Source: Psychrilyobacter sp.
Lineage (GTDB): Bacteria > Fusobacteriota > Fusobacteriia > Fusobacteriales > Fusobacteriaceae
NCBI RefSeq assembly: GCF_037132775.1
Contig: NZ_JBAHZY010000140.1
Location: 37,384-101,383, forward strand
DNA: 64,000 bases
Direction of reading: 5' to 3'
Shown: positions 30,757-40,009 of the stretch, in pieces
Position numbering within the stretch: the first letter of the stretch is position 1
Layout of the letters: each line of letters opens with the position of its first letter
The notes under the pieces: generated by a model
The model's input: the letters and a program-made list of their open reading frames with translations, nothing else
Told to the model about the DNA's origin: nothing
Database searches by the model: none
Made by a program: the position numbers and the translations under genes

Positions 30757-30818
30757 CCCATTAATTTTTTTACTTCGTACGGGTGATTCATTTTATAAGC
30801 ATAATTCATGAATTACTT

Positions 30819-31085
30819 CTAAGAGATCATACTCAATATTCTAAAAATCAAATATTTTACAATTCCTAGTACATAATATGCCAAAATTGGCGATAGATCT
30901 AATCTGGCGCCACCTAAAGGAATCATTATTCTAAATGGTTTTAGGATTGGTTCTGTAACGGTATAAATCAACTCAATAAATTCATTCCTACTCTGAGGGA
31001 CAATCCATGATAATATTATCCTCAATAAAATTAAAATTTTTAATATCTCTATTGCATAACTTACTATTTTATATATCAAAAACAT
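30819..31085 (-). CDS. YggT family membrane protein
   Basis: RIILSW, TEPILKPFR, LDLSPIL. Confidence 0.93.
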   Translation of the reverse strand: MFLIYKIVSYAIEILKILILLRIILSWIVPQSRNEFIELIYTVTEPILKPFRIMIPLGGARLDLSPILAYYVLGIVKYLIFRILSMIS

Positions 31086-31097
31086 CTATTCCTCCGT

Positions 31098-31667
31098 TTA
31101 TTCCATATTCATAAAATAATGTTTTGCTTTCACTGAATAATCCCACCCTGACCATATAGTCAAAATTACAGAAGGTAACATTATCCAAACATTTAAATGA
31201 ATGCCTAATATTTCAATTTGTGTAACTCCTAATATCATTATCATTATTATACCTACCATCTGAGCAGTCGTCTTATATTTACCTAAGTTCCCAGCTGGGA
31301 TCACCTCTCCATTGGCCGCTGCCAATGACCTGATACCGCTGATTAGAAACTCCCGGGCCAAGACAACTATAGATATCCATGAGGGTAAGTAACCAGCTTC
31401 TACAAACACCACTAATGCTGATATAACTAATATTTTATCTGCTAAGGGATCCATCAACTTCCCAAAATCTGTAATCATATTATTTTTTCTAGCTATATAT
31501 CCATCTAAAAAATCTGTAATAGATGCTACCATAAACAACACTAAAGCTATCATTCTGTATACAAATCCATTATCTCCATTAGATATTCCTAGAAAATAAA
31601 TAAATGGAACTGCTAAAATCATTCTTGCCATGGTTAATTTATTCGGCACATTCATCCTCATCTTCAC
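31098..31667 (-). CDS. pgsA: CDP-diacylglycerol--glycerol-3-phosphate 3-phosphatidyltransferase
   Basis: NVPNKLT..R, TDFLDGYIAR, FGKLMDPLADK, GKYKT; start may be 31661 or 31655. Confidence 0.96.
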   Translation of the reverse strand: MKMRMNVPNKLTMARMILAVPFIYFLGISNGDNGFVYRMIALVLFMVASITDFLDGYIARKNNMITDFGKLMDPLADKILVISALVVFVEAGYLPSWISIVVLAREFLISGIRSLAAANGEVIPAGNLGKYKTTAQMVGIIMIMILGVTQIEILGIHLNVWIMLPSVILTIWSGWDYSVKAKHYFMNME

Positions 31668-31679
31668 TCCTCCTAAAGA

Positions 31680-33020
31680 TTAGTTAACTTCATTTGCTAC
31701 TACGGAACCTAAAAGGTCATAATCGAAGTTTTGCTCTACTTTCACTTTTACAATTTCCCCTGGTTTAGCAGTTCCGTCATTGGTTAAAACTTTACCGTCT
31801 ATTTCCAAAGCCTGTCCTCTTGTTCTTCCTTCTAGCATATATTCAGATTCTTCTGATACACCATCTATCATAACTTCTACTTCCTTACCTAGGAACGATC
31901 TATTCTTTGTTTCTGCAATCTCAGCTTGAAGATTAGTTAGTTCTACCCATCTTCTGTGTTTCACATCTTCATCCACTTGGTTTTCCATATCAAAGGCTAC
32001 GGTATCTTCCTCTCTCGAGTATTTAAAAACGCCAATATAATCAAATTTAAATTCTTCTACAAAATCCTTTAATTCAGAGAAATCATCCTCTGTTTCACCA
32101 GGAAATCCTACTATTAAAGAAGTTCTAAATATAGCATCTGGAATCTCTTTTCTGATCTTACGTAACAACTCTTTAGAAGCATCTCCTGATATTGCTCTTT
32201 TCATCCCTTGTAACACAGAATCAGATACATGTTGTATAGGGATATCAAAGTAATTACATACTTTTTCTTCCGTTTTCATAACCTCTATAAGTTCATCTGT
32301 TACTGAATTAGGGAACATATAATATGTTCTGATCCACTTCAATTCCTCTATTTTAGCTAATTCTCTCATCAGATCCGGTAAGGCTTTTTTCTTATATAGA
32401 TCGAGTCCATATTCTGTTGTTTCTTGGGCTAATAAGTTTATTTCCCTTACACCATTTGCCACTAATCTCTTAGCTTCTACTATGATATCTTCAATAGTCC
32501 TACTACGAAGATTCCCACGTAAACTAGGGATGATACAGTAAGTACACCTTCTATTACATCCTTCCGCTATTTTTAGATACGCAGTATGCGGAAAAGTTGT
32601 GATTATCCTTTCAGTTTCAGCATTGGCTAAAAAATCTAAAGATTCACTTCTAATAACTCTTTTACCTCCTAATATCTCGTCTATTACTTCTTCTATCTTA
32701 TCTACGTCACCAGTTCCTATTATAGCATCTACTTCTGGCATTTCTGCCAATAATTCATCTGCATACCTTTCTGCTAGACATCCCGCTACAATTATCTTCT
32801 TTAATTTCCCGTTTTTTTTGTGCTCCGCTACACCTAATATAGTTGTGATAGATTCCTCTTTGGCATCGCCAATAAATCCGCAAGTATTTATAATACATAG
32901 ATCTGCGTCTTCTACCTCTGTAGTTAACTCAAATCCTCTTTTATTTACTAATATTCCTAAATAATGTTCTGTGTCTACTAGGTTTTTACTACAACCTAAA
33001 GTTATAACTGCTAATTTCAT
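31680..33020 (-). CDS. rimO: Ribosomal protein S12 methylthiotransferase
   Basis: LGCSKNLVD, INTCGFI, YLKIAEGCNRRCTYCIIP, EIDG in TRAM domain. Confidence 0.96.
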   Translation of the reverse strand: MKLAVITLGCSKNLVDTEHYLGILVNKRGFELTTEVEDADLCIINTCGFIGDAKEESITTILGVAEHKKNGKLKKIIVAGCLAERYADELLAEMPEVDAIIGTGDVDKIEEVIDEILGGKRVIRSESLDFLANAETERIITTFPHTAYLKIAEGCNRRCTYCIIPSLRGNLRSRTIEDIIVEAKRLVANGVREINLLAQETTEYGLDLYKKKALPDLMRELAKIEELKWIRTYYMFPNSVTDELIEVMKTEEKVCNYFDIPIQHVSDSVLQGMKRAISGDASKELLRKIRKEIPDAIFRTSLIVGFPGETEDDFSELKDFVEEFKFDYIGVFKYSREEDTVAFDMENQVDEDVKHRRWVELTNLQAEIAETKNRSFLGKEVEVMIDGVSEESEYMLEGRTRGQALEIDGKVLTNDGTAKPGEIVKVKVEQNFDYDLLGSVVANEVN

Positions 33021-33346
33021 ATTTTACTCCTACCTTTTTTTTTGTTAAAAAACAATTTTTTACACCTTATTTTTATAACTTTTCTATCTTAGAATTATAT
33101 CATATTTAACTAGGAATTGCTAGAATTTCAATCTTAAGATTCTATGGATTCAATATAGGTTTTATAGGGTTTTTAGTTTTTATTTACCATATAAAAATAG
33201 AATTACCCATAGTAACTTTTTACTGGAGCACTTCTCTTTTTATATTTCCATGATATATCCAACACTTCTAAACCCATACCATTTAATATCTCTCTTAATT
33301 CTAAAAGTTCATTTTCATTATTTAACTTATTTTTCCCCTCTGAATT

Positions 33347-34027
33347 TTATTCTTCAAAATCTAAGAAGTCTTCAAAAAATACATCATATTTATATTCTTT
33401 AAAATTTTCATTAATATCATTTATATCTTCTCTCCCGAAATCATTTGGATCAAACTTAGGATAGTGTTCTAACAATTCTTTTTTATATTCCTCATCCATA
33501 TCTACTGGCTTTCCTTCCATAAGGTTACAAAGATCTTTCCATCCCCAAATATCGCCAGAATCCTCAAAGGGTGCAACTCTTTTACCAGTAATAAGGCTAG
33601 GATAGATTTTTTTAGAATCTAAATCTAATATTTTTTCTAATTTTATCGTATGTTCCCAGCCATCTCCAAAATCATAATCATAATTTATAGTGTCATCTAT
33701 TTTTTTAATATATTTATTCAATTTAACATCATGCTCGTTGATCTCTTTAGGAGCTTGCCTTCCACCAAACATCGGCATATCCATCATAGGTTCATAAGAC
33801 TCTAGCTTCGTATCCAATACTGTTATTTTTTCACTGATTCTAAATTCATGAAGATGATAGTTTCCCCAGTTAAAGATATTTTGAATAATTGCATGCAGTT
33901 GATGAAATGTAATATTCTTTTCTACTTGCACCCTCCTCCATATTGGTGGTTTAGCTCCTTTTATATCAATCCTAAATTGATATATTCTATTTTTGGTTTT
34001 AACATCATTGAAACTTATTGTAGCCAT
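33347..34027 (-). CDS. Plasmid pRiA4b ORF-3 family protein
   Basis: PPIWRR, TFHQLH..IQ..F.W...HLHEF, YDYDFGDGWEH.I.LE, G.R.AP.ED. Confidence 0.9.
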   Translation of the reverse strand: MATISFNDVKTKNRIYQFRIDIKGAKPPIWRRVQVEKNITFHQLHAIIQNIFNWGNYHLHEFRISEKITVLDTKLESYEPMMDMPMFGGRQAPKEINEHDVKLNKYIKKIDDTINYDYDFGDGWEHTIKLEKILDLDSKKIYPSLITGKRVAPFEDSGDIWGWKDLCNLMEGKPVDMDEEYKKELLEHYPKFDPNDFGREDINDINENFKEYKYDVFFEDFLDFEE

Positions 34028-34039
34028 ATTTAATTCCTC

Positions 34040-34582
34040 CTAATTATTTTTATTTTCGAAATCTTGTAATTCACCAAGAATATAATCACCAGTTCCATAT
34101 CCCAAATGACCCAAAACATCAAAAGTTTTTTTTATTCTGATTAAATATTTAATTATGACTTTTTCCGACTGAGCCTCTAATATTTCTAGAATTTTATCAA
34201 ACATATTAGTCACCGCATCATAATAACTTTCTAAACCATCATAACTACTAAGACTATCAATACCTTCTTCATAAAAATATACCATTAATTCTAATTTACC
34301 AAGTATATCTGCTGTTGCCTTATAATAATTTGATATTAATTTTTTAGCTTCTACAATCTTTACTCTTGAATTTGATGTAGGAATTGGATTTATAAGTTTT
34401 TAAATTTTTTCTTTAAATAATTCTAACGGTATTCCCTCTGAATAAAATTTAGTATTTAAAAACATCTTGTTTTCTTTATTAAGAGAATATAAAGTAGATA
34501 TTAATTTTAATAATTCTGATTTATCTTTTTTCTCTATTTTTGATTTAATGTCTTTCCATTTAATTTGTTTTGTTTCTACCAT
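34040..34582 (-). pseudogene. Hypothetical helical protein (DUF6155-like) broken by one in-frame TAA at 34400-34402
   Basis: Reading through the stop gives ...FKEKI*KLINPIPTSNSRVKIVEAKKLISNYYKATADILGKLELMVYFYEEG..., joining the 60 aa and 81 aa ORFs in one 181-codon frame. Confidence 0.8.
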
Positions 34583-34664
34583 AATATAAAAACTCCTTCT
34601 ACTATTTCCTTGTTATCGTTTTCTCTGATTTCAAAGAAAACTATAGTTAATTTTTACTGCTAAT

Positions 34665-35195
34665 CTATTTTTTCATGATTTTATCTCCAATTTTATTTAT
34701 TCCCACAGAAATACTATATAAATTATCATTAATTTTCCCCATCAAAATGTTCTTCTCATTTTTTTCTTTTTCTTCTTCAGATTTCTCAACTGGCAAATGT
34801 TTAATAGTTTCATTAAGAATTTGCAACATCAAGATTGTAAAATTAAAAAATGTAAATATAGAAATTTTTAATAAATACTCATATATTTTTATATTCTTAG
34901 AGATAAAAGGGAAAATCATCACTATAAATAAAAAGCTTAGTGTAATAAAAATTCTAATTATAATTCCTAATGATTTACCATTTTTAGCAAGATTTATCAA
35001 TGGTTTACTTTTTAAGGAACTCAAAATTGCTAAACTTGTAAAAATAAAACCTATTAGAATAGAGTATATGTTGTTAATAGTTTCTGGTTTTTCAAGTACC
35101 CCATTTAATAATGTATTATTAATTGGGATAATAAGTATCATTATAAATAAAACTCCAAGGATTATACCTATTGAGTTATCTTTGATAAACTTCAT
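34665..35195 (-). CDS. Hypothetical membrane protein, about 4 TM helices plus charged C-terminal tail
   Basis: AGGAGGTG RBS; hydrophobic segments including SILIGFIFTSLAIL. Confidence 0.8.
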   Translation of the reverse strand: MKFIKDNSIGIILGVLFIMILIIPINNTLLNGVLEKPETINNIYSILIGFIFTSLAILSSLKSKPLINLAKNGKSLGIIIRIFITLSFLFIVMIFPFISKNIKIYEYLLKISIFTFFNFTILMLQILNETIKHLPVEKSEEEKEKNEKNILMGKINDNLYSISVGINKIGDKIMKK

Positions 35196-35211
35196 TGGTC
35201 ACCTCCTATTC

Positions 35212-36190
35212 TTAATTATCTTCTAATATCATTTTCATCTCATCAAAATTAAATTCTATTTCAATTAAATTATCTCTTGTATACCCCATTAATTTATTTT
35301 TATGACTAGCTATATATGTTTCCTTCATTTCATTAAGTATTCTTTCATACGAAGCATTTTCATCTGCTTTTGATCTTAAAATTAATATTTTATGAGGTTT
35401 AAATAATTTCTTTAAATCGATTTCTTTTATTGTTTCATCACTATCTAATTCTACTTTAACTTTTATTGATTCAAATACAGGATTGTCTATAATTTAATGG
35501 TTCAATTATATTTCTAAAATTTTTTAAATTAAAACTACCTTTTTTCTTCCCTAAACTCATAGTAAATTCTAACTGTGTAGCCCCGACCTCTCCTGAAACC
35601 TCTTTCATCCCTTTAAAAAAATTAAAGTGGGATGCAAAAGTAGTGTCTTCTTGAAAACTTTCTTTTAATAAATCTGAATCACTTGTCGTAATTTCTAAAT
35701 TAAGTTTAAAGTCAATACTCCTTGCTCGACCCGTATTAAGTATTTGATCTAGGGAATAATCGTCTGAAATACTTCTCAATCTCAACGTATAATCTTCAGG
35801 CAAAAAACTTTCTATATATTCTTCTAATTGTTTTTCTTTGTGCCCCTCTGCATTATACTCAAATAACAGTATGTTTTGATTTTTATCATAAATAAGATTT
35901 GTTATTTCAACAATTGTTTTATCTTTTCGTGCTTCTAAAGCTTCTTCTTCAATACTTCCTGTGTAGGGTAGATGTTCTGAACGGTACTTTAAAAACAAAA
36001 TTGATAGAAGACTTTCATCAAAACTATCATCTGTATGTATTTGTATTATAGTATTAAATTCTTTGATTTTTCTAATAGAATCATTTCTATTATTTCTAAA
36101 TATATTATTTAATATTTCGTTAAAGCTAATATTCGTATAAGTGGCGCCATATTTTATTGTTGGTTTATAAAATTTTATCGCTTTGCTCAT
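35212..36190 (-). pseudogene. Soluble protein of about 325 aa (DUF6731/DUF4747-like) with a 1 bp frameshift near 35490
   Basis: After ...IIEPLN a one-base shift opens IDNPVFESIKVKVELDSDETIKEIDL...MILEDN* ending at 35212, just before the RBS of the next gene; family call from memory. Confidence 0.75.
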
Positions 36191-36234
36191 TAAGCCCCCT
36201 TGGTCACTTTTTATTTTTTTACTTTTACTTCTAA

Positions 36235-36266
36235 CTTAGGTTTCCCTGGATTTAAGGAAACCTAAG
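36235..36266. other. Inverted repeat between RM remnant and DUF6731-like gene
   Basis: cttaggtttcc-10 nt-ggaaacctaag. Confidence 0.6.
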
Positions 36267-36274
36267 AGGAGAAA

Positions 36275-36424
36275 TCAAGACTTAAAAATTTTCACTATTT
36301 CTTTTTCTTCTTCCGTCAGCTCGTACAAATCATAGACCATCTCGTCTATTTCTAAATCTTCAGCATCTTTATCATGTTCTTTTAAAGCTATTATTTTATA
36401 GTTCTCTGAAATCCCATATCCCAA
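36275..36424 (-). pseudogene. C-terminal remnant of a Type IIG (Eco57I-like) restriction-modification enzyme
   Basis: Manual translation: KIIALKEHDKDAEDLEIDEMVYDLYELTEEEKEIVKIFKS*, matching the ID..VY.LY.LT.EE..IV terminus. Confidence 0.75.
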
Positions 36425-36447
36425 TTAAAATTGTATCAGATTTTTAG

Positions 36448-36474
36448 AAAAAAAGAGCCACTAAATAGTGACTC
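36448..36474 (-). terminator. Terminator after accB
   Basis: gagtcacta-tt-tagtggctc followed by T7 (minus strand). Confidence 0.8.
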
Positions 36475-36485
36475 AAATTTTATCT

Positions 36486-36941
36486 TTATACTTCTTCTAC
36501 GAAGAATAGGTCAGCTCCCTTAGTTACAGGTGCTCCGTCAGTCAACACTAATTTTACTATTCTACATCTTTTTTCAGCTTTTACTTCATTCATAAGCTTC
36601 ATAGCTTCTACAATGCACAAAATATCTCCAATTTCTACAATTTGTCCTTCTTTTACAAATGTATCTGCATCTGGAGATGGGGCACCATAATATGTTCCTA
36701 TCATGGGTGATTTTATAGAGTCATATTTTTTTGTCTCTGCTACATCTGCTTTAGCTTTATTCACTTTTTTAAGAGTTGATGTTACAACTCTTGGTTCTGA
36801 TATTACTTGAGTTACAGTTGCTTTTTCTATCTCTCTTTTAAGAGAAATTTTAGTCCCTTCACTCTCTAAAGTTATCTCCTCTAATCCGTATTTTTCTATA
36901 TTTTCAGATAACTTTTTTATAGCTTTTACATCTATTTTCAT
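36486..36941 (-). CDS. accB: Acetyl-CoA carboxylase biotin carboxyl carrier protein
   Basis: SPMIGTYY.APSP, IVEAMKLMNE; start ATG 36941. Confidence 0.95.
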   Translation of the reverse strand: MKIDVKAIKKLSENIEKYGLEEITLESEGTKISLKREIEKATVTQVISEPRVVTSTLKKVNKAKADVAETKKYDSIKSPMIGTYYGAPSPDADTFVKEGQIVEIGDILCIVEAMKLMNEVKAEKRCRIVKLVLTDGAPVTKGADLFFVEEV

Positions 36942-37020
36942 ATTTCCCCCTGCTATTCTAGGATATGCACAAGACATTACCCTTATGTTTTTATTTTTTC
37001 ATCTCATTGTGGAATAATGT

Positions 37021-37467
37021 TTAGTTATTTCCTATTATTCTTATCTCACTTACACCTGGTTGCTCAGTTATTTTTTCCAACATCGTTTCTATATTTCTCA
37101 ATGAATCAGCACTAGTTCTAAGTGCCAAAGTAACCCTTGCAATCCCGTCAATAGGTATATTTTGAGTTATTGTAAGGATATTCACGCCTGAATCCGCTAT
37201 TATATTAAATATTTTAGATAACATCCCCGGTTCATCATGGAGTGCCATATTTATATTAAATACAGTATCTTTTCCACTTTCAAAAAATGGTTTAATAAAA
37301 TCCTTATACTTATAATATGTACTTCTACTTATTCCAATTCTTCTTATTGCCTCATACTTTGATATTCCTTCTCTTTGAACTATTTCATTTACCTTAATTA
37401 CATTTTGAATTGAATTAGGTAAGATCCTTTTATCTACTATAAAAAATTCTCTTGATTCAGTTGTCAT
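37021..37467 (-). CDS. HTH + ACT domain regulator (UPF0735/ThrR-like)
   Basis: GISRSTYYKYKD, PGMLS, NILTI.QNIP. Confidence 0.9.
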   Translation of the reverse strand: MTTESREFFIVDKRILPNSIQNVIKVNEIVQREGISKYEAIRRIGISRSTYYKYKDFIKPFFESGKDTVFNINMALHDEPGMLSKIFNIIADSGVNILTITQNIPIDGIARVTLALRTSADSLRNIETMLEKITEQPGVSEIRIIGNN

Positions 37468-37484
37468 GCTCCCACCCCATTAAT

Positions 37485-38333
37485 TTATATTTTTTTCATC
37501 CTTGATTTTACCGTGTTTTTCATAAGCATTGCTATGGTCATAGGTCCTATTCCCCCTGGTACAGGTGTTATCAGTGATGTTTTTTTGGATACATTTTCAA
37601 AATCCACATCCCCACATAGTTTCCCTAACTTATTTCTATTTATGCCTACGTCTATTACTATACTTCCCTCTTTAACCATATCTTCGGTCAAAAACTTTTC
37701 CCTTCCTATAGCCATTATCACTATATCTGCATTCAAGGTTTTTTGCGATAAATCCTTTGTTTTACTATGGCATAGAGTTACAGTTGCACTTTCATTGGTC
37801 AGCATAAGTGCCAATGGTTTTCCGACTATATTACTTCTACCTACTATCACTATATCTTTACCAGCAAGGTTTATTTTATATCTTTTTAATAACTCCATAA
37901 TACCATATGGAGTGCAAGGTTCAAACTCATTCTTTCCTATGACTAGTTTGCCTAAATTTATTGGATGAAATCCATCTACATCTTTATTTGGTTTTATAGC
38001 TTCAATCACTTTCTTTTCATCTATATGTTTTGGTAACGGCAATTGCACTAGTATACCGTCTATCTCCTCTTTATTATTTAATTCTTCGATTAATTTTAAA
38101 AGTTCCCCTTCTTTAATTTCAGAACCTAGACTATATTTTTCAGAATATATACCCAAAGCACTACATGTTTTTACCTTTGAATTTACATATACCTTTGATG
38201 CAGGATTTTCTCCCACAATAACTACCGCTAGCCCTGGTGCTCTTTTGCCGCCTTTAATTAATTTGTCTATTTCTACCTTTATCTCTTCCTTAATCTCAGC
38301 CGATATTTTTTTACCGTCTATAATTTTAATCAT
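37485..38333 (-). CDS. folD: Methylenetetrahydrofolate dehydrogenase/cyclohydrolase
   Basis: GILVQLPLP, KDVDGFHP, PCTP.G, GRSNIVGKP, TPVPGGIGPMT. Confidence 0.98.
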   Translation of the reverse strand: MIKIIDGKKISAEIKEEIKVEIDKLIKGGKRAPGLAVVIVGENPASKVYVNSKVKTCSALGIYSEKYSLGSEIKEGELLKLIEELNNKEEIDGILVQLPLPKHIDEKKVIEAIKPNKDVDGFHPINLGKLVIGKNEFEPCTPYGIMELLKRYKINLAGKDIVIVGRSNIVGKPLALMLTNESATVTLCHSKTKDLSQKTLNADIVIMAIGREKFLTEDMVKEGSIVIDVGINRNKLGKLCGDVDFENVSKKTSLITPVPGGIGPMTIAMLMKNTVKSRMKKI

Positions 38334-38973
38334 GATTTGTCAGTTGCTCCTTCCAATAATTTAATTCCTGTAACTTTGCATATAGATCTATGTTTTGTAC
38401 AGCTATATGATCTGGTACCTCTAAATTTATTGGTGCAAAATTTAAAATAGATTTAACTCCCGCCTCTACTAATATTGTAGTCATTTGTTGAGCTACTTTT
38501 TTAGGAACTGTTAAGATTGCTACATCTACCTTGTCTTTAGACTGTAAAAAGTATGGAATTTCCTTTACATCTCTAATCTTGATCCCTTTCATCTCAGTTC
38601 CAATTTTAGTTTCGGAATTATCAAAAACCCCTATTATATTGAAACTTTCTTTGGTAAATTCAGGTTCTGATACCAAAGCCCCTCCAAGTCTTCCTGCTCC
38701 TATAACTATTATATTATTTGTTTTGTGCACACCTAATATTCTTTCAATATCACTATAAAGAGTTCTGATTTGGTACCCCTTCCCCCTTATACCAAATTCA
38801 CCAAAATTAGATAGATCTTTCCTAATTTGAGCTGCTGTAAATCCCATTTTAATTGCTAACTCCTCCGAAGATATATAATCTTCAGGTGATAAATTTTCTA
38901 AACATCTCAGGTATTTAGTTAACCTCTCTATTACCCTCGAGGATATCCCATTTCTTTTTTCTTTTCTGATCAC
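38326..38973 (-). CDS. rex: Redox-sensing transcriptional repressor Rex
   Basis: RL..Y.R.L, QIRKDLS.FG.FG.RG.GY, GAGRLG, ILNFAP. Confidence 0.96.
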   Translation of the reverse strand: MIRKEKRNGISSRVIERLTKYLRCLENLSPEDYISSEELAIKMGFTAAQIRKDLSNFGEFGIRGKGYQIRTLYSDIERILGVHKTNNIIVIGAGRLGGALVSEPEFTKESFNIIGVFDNSETKIGTEMKGIKIRDVKEIPYFLQSKDKVDVAILTVPKKVAQQMTTILVEAGVKSILNFAPINLEVPDHIAVQNIDLYAKLQELNYWKEQLTNHD

Positions 38974-38983
38974 TTGTTTCCCC

Positions 38984-39937
38984 CTATAATTGAATTACTT
39001 TACTACCTATACTAAATTTTTCTCCTATTTTAATATAGTTTCCATTAACTAAATCTGCTCCAGTCATTAACCTTTTATTTTCAGGCTTTACGCTGGTTAT
39101 TATCAAACTTCCATCCAATACCTTTATAATCGGGCCCTTCCCTTTAACTAAGTCCACCACTTCTCCAAATTCGCCATCATAGATCCTATCATATTTTTCT
39201 ACAAAATATATCTTGTATAATTTTTCATTGCAGAATGAATATGAAGACGGAAATGGATTTAACCCCCTTATAAAATTATATATCCTTTCCATAGAGTGAT
39301 CCCAATGTATCTCACATTCCTCTTTTTTAATAGGTTTAACAAAAGTCACCTTGGCCTCATCTTGGGGAGTTCTAACTGCAATCCCACTTTCTATCATACT
39401 TACGGCTTTCAATAGTGCTTCGCTTCCTATTACAGCTAATCTGTCGTGTAGATCCTCCAATGTATCCATTTCATTTATAGGCGTTTGGACCTGTAAAATT
39501 ATATCTCCAGCATCTAATTCCTTCACTATGTCCATTATAGTTACTCCACTTTCCTTCTCACCATTTATTATGGCAGCATGGATTGGAGCAGCACCTCTAT
39601 ATTTAGGTAGAAGTGACGAATGTACATTGATTATTCCTTTTTCAGGGATATCTATCAATTCTTGTGGCAATATTTTACCATATGCCACTACTACGATAAG
39701 ATCAGGATTTAAACCTCTCACCAGCTCTATTGTTTCCTCTATCTTTACTGAATTAGGCTGATATACAGTGATATCATTATCTAAGCCATATTGTTTAACC
39801 GGATTAAACTTTATTTTTTTTCCTCTACTATTAGGTTTATCTATCTTAGTAAAAATCCCAATAACATCATGATTTTCATCTAATGTCTTAAGTGAATTTA
39901 ATGCAAATTCAGGTGTCCCCATAAATAATATTCTCAA
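38984..39937 (-). CDS. fmt: Methionyl-tRNA formyltransferase
   Basis: FMGTPEFA, VVAYG.ILP, INVHSSLLPKYRGAAPI, LDAGD. Confidence 0.98.
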   Translation of the reverse strand: MRILFMGTPEFALNSLKTLDENHDVIGIFTKIDKPNSRGKKIKFNPVKQYGLDNDITVYQPNSVKIEETIELVRGLNPDLIVVVAYGKILPQELIDIPEKGIINVHSSLLPKYRGAAPIHAAIINGEKESGVTIMDIVKELDAGDIILQVQTPINEMDTLEDLHDRLAVIGSEALLKAVSMIESGIAVRTPQDEAKVTFVKPIKKEECEIHWDHSMERIYNFIRGLNPFPSSYSFCNEKLYKIYFVEKYDRIYDGEFGEVVDLVKGKGPIIKVLDGSLIITSVKPENKRLMTGADLVNGNYIKIGEKFSIGSKVIQL

Positions 39938-40009
39938 ATCATCCCTCCTTTATTACTCTTCTTTATATATAGTTTCTTGATCTAATCAAAAAATGACATA
40001 GGGAAAGAG

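Noticed and set aside
34675-35226. 183 aa plus-strand ORF in the island
   Set aside because: Antisense shadow of the minus-strand TM gene, which has the RBS and operon context
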